From NCBI GenBank assembly GCA_976226885.1, contig OZ320322.1:42036001-42100000 (forward strand): DNA of 64,000 bases, given 5' to 3'. The position numbers were made by a program, and so were the translations under genes. The stretch is from Iphione sp. A-MEVVRFRX5 (Eukaryota). Of this stretch, positions 62,107-64,000 are shown in pieces (positions within the stretch are counted from its first letter, which is position 1; each line of letters starts with the position of its first letter). Below the pieces are notes generated by a model. It did no database searches. It was given only the letters and a program-made list of their open reading frames with translations, and was not told where the DNA came from.

Positions 62107-64000
62107 GAAAGCGACATTTAAAAAAAATCAAAAATAAAAGAATCTCTTTTCTTGTGATCTTGTATGATTGAGCAGAAGACAAAAACCAGAGAGCTGAGCC
62201 TGATGACAGGGGAGAGGTGACAAAGGCCGCTTCTAGGTGATCAGGCTCGATGGGTGTGCCTGCTCCTTGTGGGGCAGGTCTGTGTCGTGCCTGATACGTG
62301 GCCAACATGTTGCCAGGTTCTTTAATAGCAAACCACATGTTTCTTACCGCAGGACTGCTTAGAAATTATAGAGGAGAATGGGAAAGGAAGGCGCTCAGTG
62401 GCGGTAGGCCGTTTGATCTATGATTGACTACACAGGTTGAAACAGTACCTAGTGCGCCCCGTTAAAAACTTATATCGGGAGGTAGTAGTACGTGTAGCAA
62501 ACATCTGGTAGCATTTTAAACTTCCAGAAAAAAGTAGGAACGCCTCACAAATTTCCCCTACTCTTAGCTAGTTCGGATATATTATAGGTCAGGTTGTTTC
62601 ATATTTAAAAGTGGGAATTTGTAGCATATATATACAATTCAGGTCGTCTCCCTTCTTGTTATTCACTCTGTGTTCATGTGCATTGTCTTTTCCATTAAAC
62701 ACAAGGCAGTTTGTGTATAACGAACCAGCTGGGATGAACGAAGGCAGGCGATACATGTACATGTAGTAGGGATTCGAGAGAATGAGCAACTCGTAGTAAA
62801 ACACGTAAATGAAGATGGAGCATCTCATCGTGTACACTTGTCACACAGTGTGCATGGGTGTAAATATTTTATGTCTCGCGACATCTGTGTCTATACACAC
62901 ACATATTTATATATATATATATCCATATATATCCTAAAACATATGTTACGAACGGAGGAAGTGAAGGGCTGCTTGGGAACTGTCTATGAGAAAAGGCAGA
63001 CAGAAGATGCACACGGCGCATTCCTTCGGCTCAAGACAATGCCTAGAGCAGGTAAAAAGGAGGAGCTAGGTCCGACCGTGGAGGAGCAGTGATAGATCAC
63101 CTGTTGTCATGTGAAGATGCATGACACCAGACGGTGCATTCCCAAAGGGCGGTGGGTGGCAGGTTGTATGAAACAGCGACTCCCTGACAACCGTTTAGTC
63201 GCAGCCCACGCCCACAGTCATGCTAACTTCCAATCGCTAGCTCGGGCTGCGGCCGAAGAGGCGGTCTTCCTTAATGTGTGACCCCCCCTCCCCCCACCGG
63301 CCCACCCAAAGTGCGGCCGACACCTTAAAGTATAAAGAAAATTTTGGAGTAATCATTCGTCGAGCCCGTGTGAGAAACGAACGCCGAGGATACTTCCGAA
63401 TGATGCCATTTTTTTTCGCGAGTTGTTTACACGTTGGCAATTTTCATGAAATTTGTACGACTCGTCATGCGTGACAATGCACCATCTGTTCGCGCAAACC
63501 ACAGTTCTCTTCTTAAGTGATATTTCACCACCAGATAGTTCAAAACCTGACAGAGTGAAAAACTTCTGTGCGCCCGGCATACAGTACAAGGGGTAGAAGA
63601 ATAGCATAGGTTTTAGTACAGTGGGAAGACAGACGAGCGTTGGCGACAGTATTTAAATGCAGGCTCCACCGCCTCAGCCACACGTTCCATGTTCAGCAGT
63701 CGTTAGGCAGTAGGAGCCGGTCCACAGCTGAGACCCGACTGTCGACTCCAATAGAAAATCCGCATGTCCAGCTCCTCAGGCCATCGGTTTGATAAACTTG
63801 TTTGGTCAAATGGTGTGCGTGGGACTTACACCTGTACGCGTTCCGTGGCTAGAATATGTTCCTCAGACAGGTACACCTACTCTGTAGGTTTGAGCTGCTC
63901 GTTACACAGGTAAACATTCTGCATGGGTTAAAACGGCTCGTCAGACCAAATAAGGCTCTGTGTAGGTTAGAACTGCTTAGCATAGTGCACACCAAAAAAA

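Noticed and set aside
61877-62338. Pro/Ser/Leu-rich and Gly/Arg/Glu-rich ORFs
   Set aside because: Translation of the (GGGA)n repeat.
62479-62488. GAGGTAGTAG let-7-like string
   Set aside because: Only 10 nt match, the rest diverges, and no complementary star arm is apparent.
1-64000. tRNA, rRNA, SINE or prokaryotic defence systems
   Set aside because: No paired A/B boxes with cloverleaf, no rRNA-like sequence and no operon-like ORF density were seen.

Overview
Eukaryotic invertebrate genomic DNA, most likely an annelid or related lophotrochozoan (inferred from the neuropeptide sequence). One host gene can be reconstructed end to end: a minus-strand, four-exon GnRH/AKH-superfamily neuropeptide precursor. 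It has a TATA box at 28921-28927, coding exons 28122-27904 and 24159-24088, and a 3'UTR exon ending near AATAAA at 23618-23623. The 96-aa precursor carries two tandem peptides, pQFSFSLPGNWGN-amide and GFNFALPGRWGNV; the second has Val where the first has its amidation Gly. The rest is CpG-rich enhancer-like blocks, microsatellites, MITEs and larger transposons. These include a truncated DIRS-type element (about 6.4-8.2 kb) and a decayed plus-strand Gypsy element (30.8-35.2 kb). A decayed minus-strand Gypsy element (35.85-41.15 kb) lacks integrase but carries a long accessory ORF starting with two C2H2 zinc fingers. Two related intron-containing piggyBac elements lie in tandem (41.15-45.95 kb). 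The second encodes an intact 586-aa transposase but has no visible left TIR, and both share an unusually conserved antisense-oriented 3' module. TACATGTA is about 10-fold over-represented, possibly as Tc1/mariner excision footprints. No rRNA, tRNA, CRISPR or prokaryotic system was found. All calls were made by eye, without database searches.
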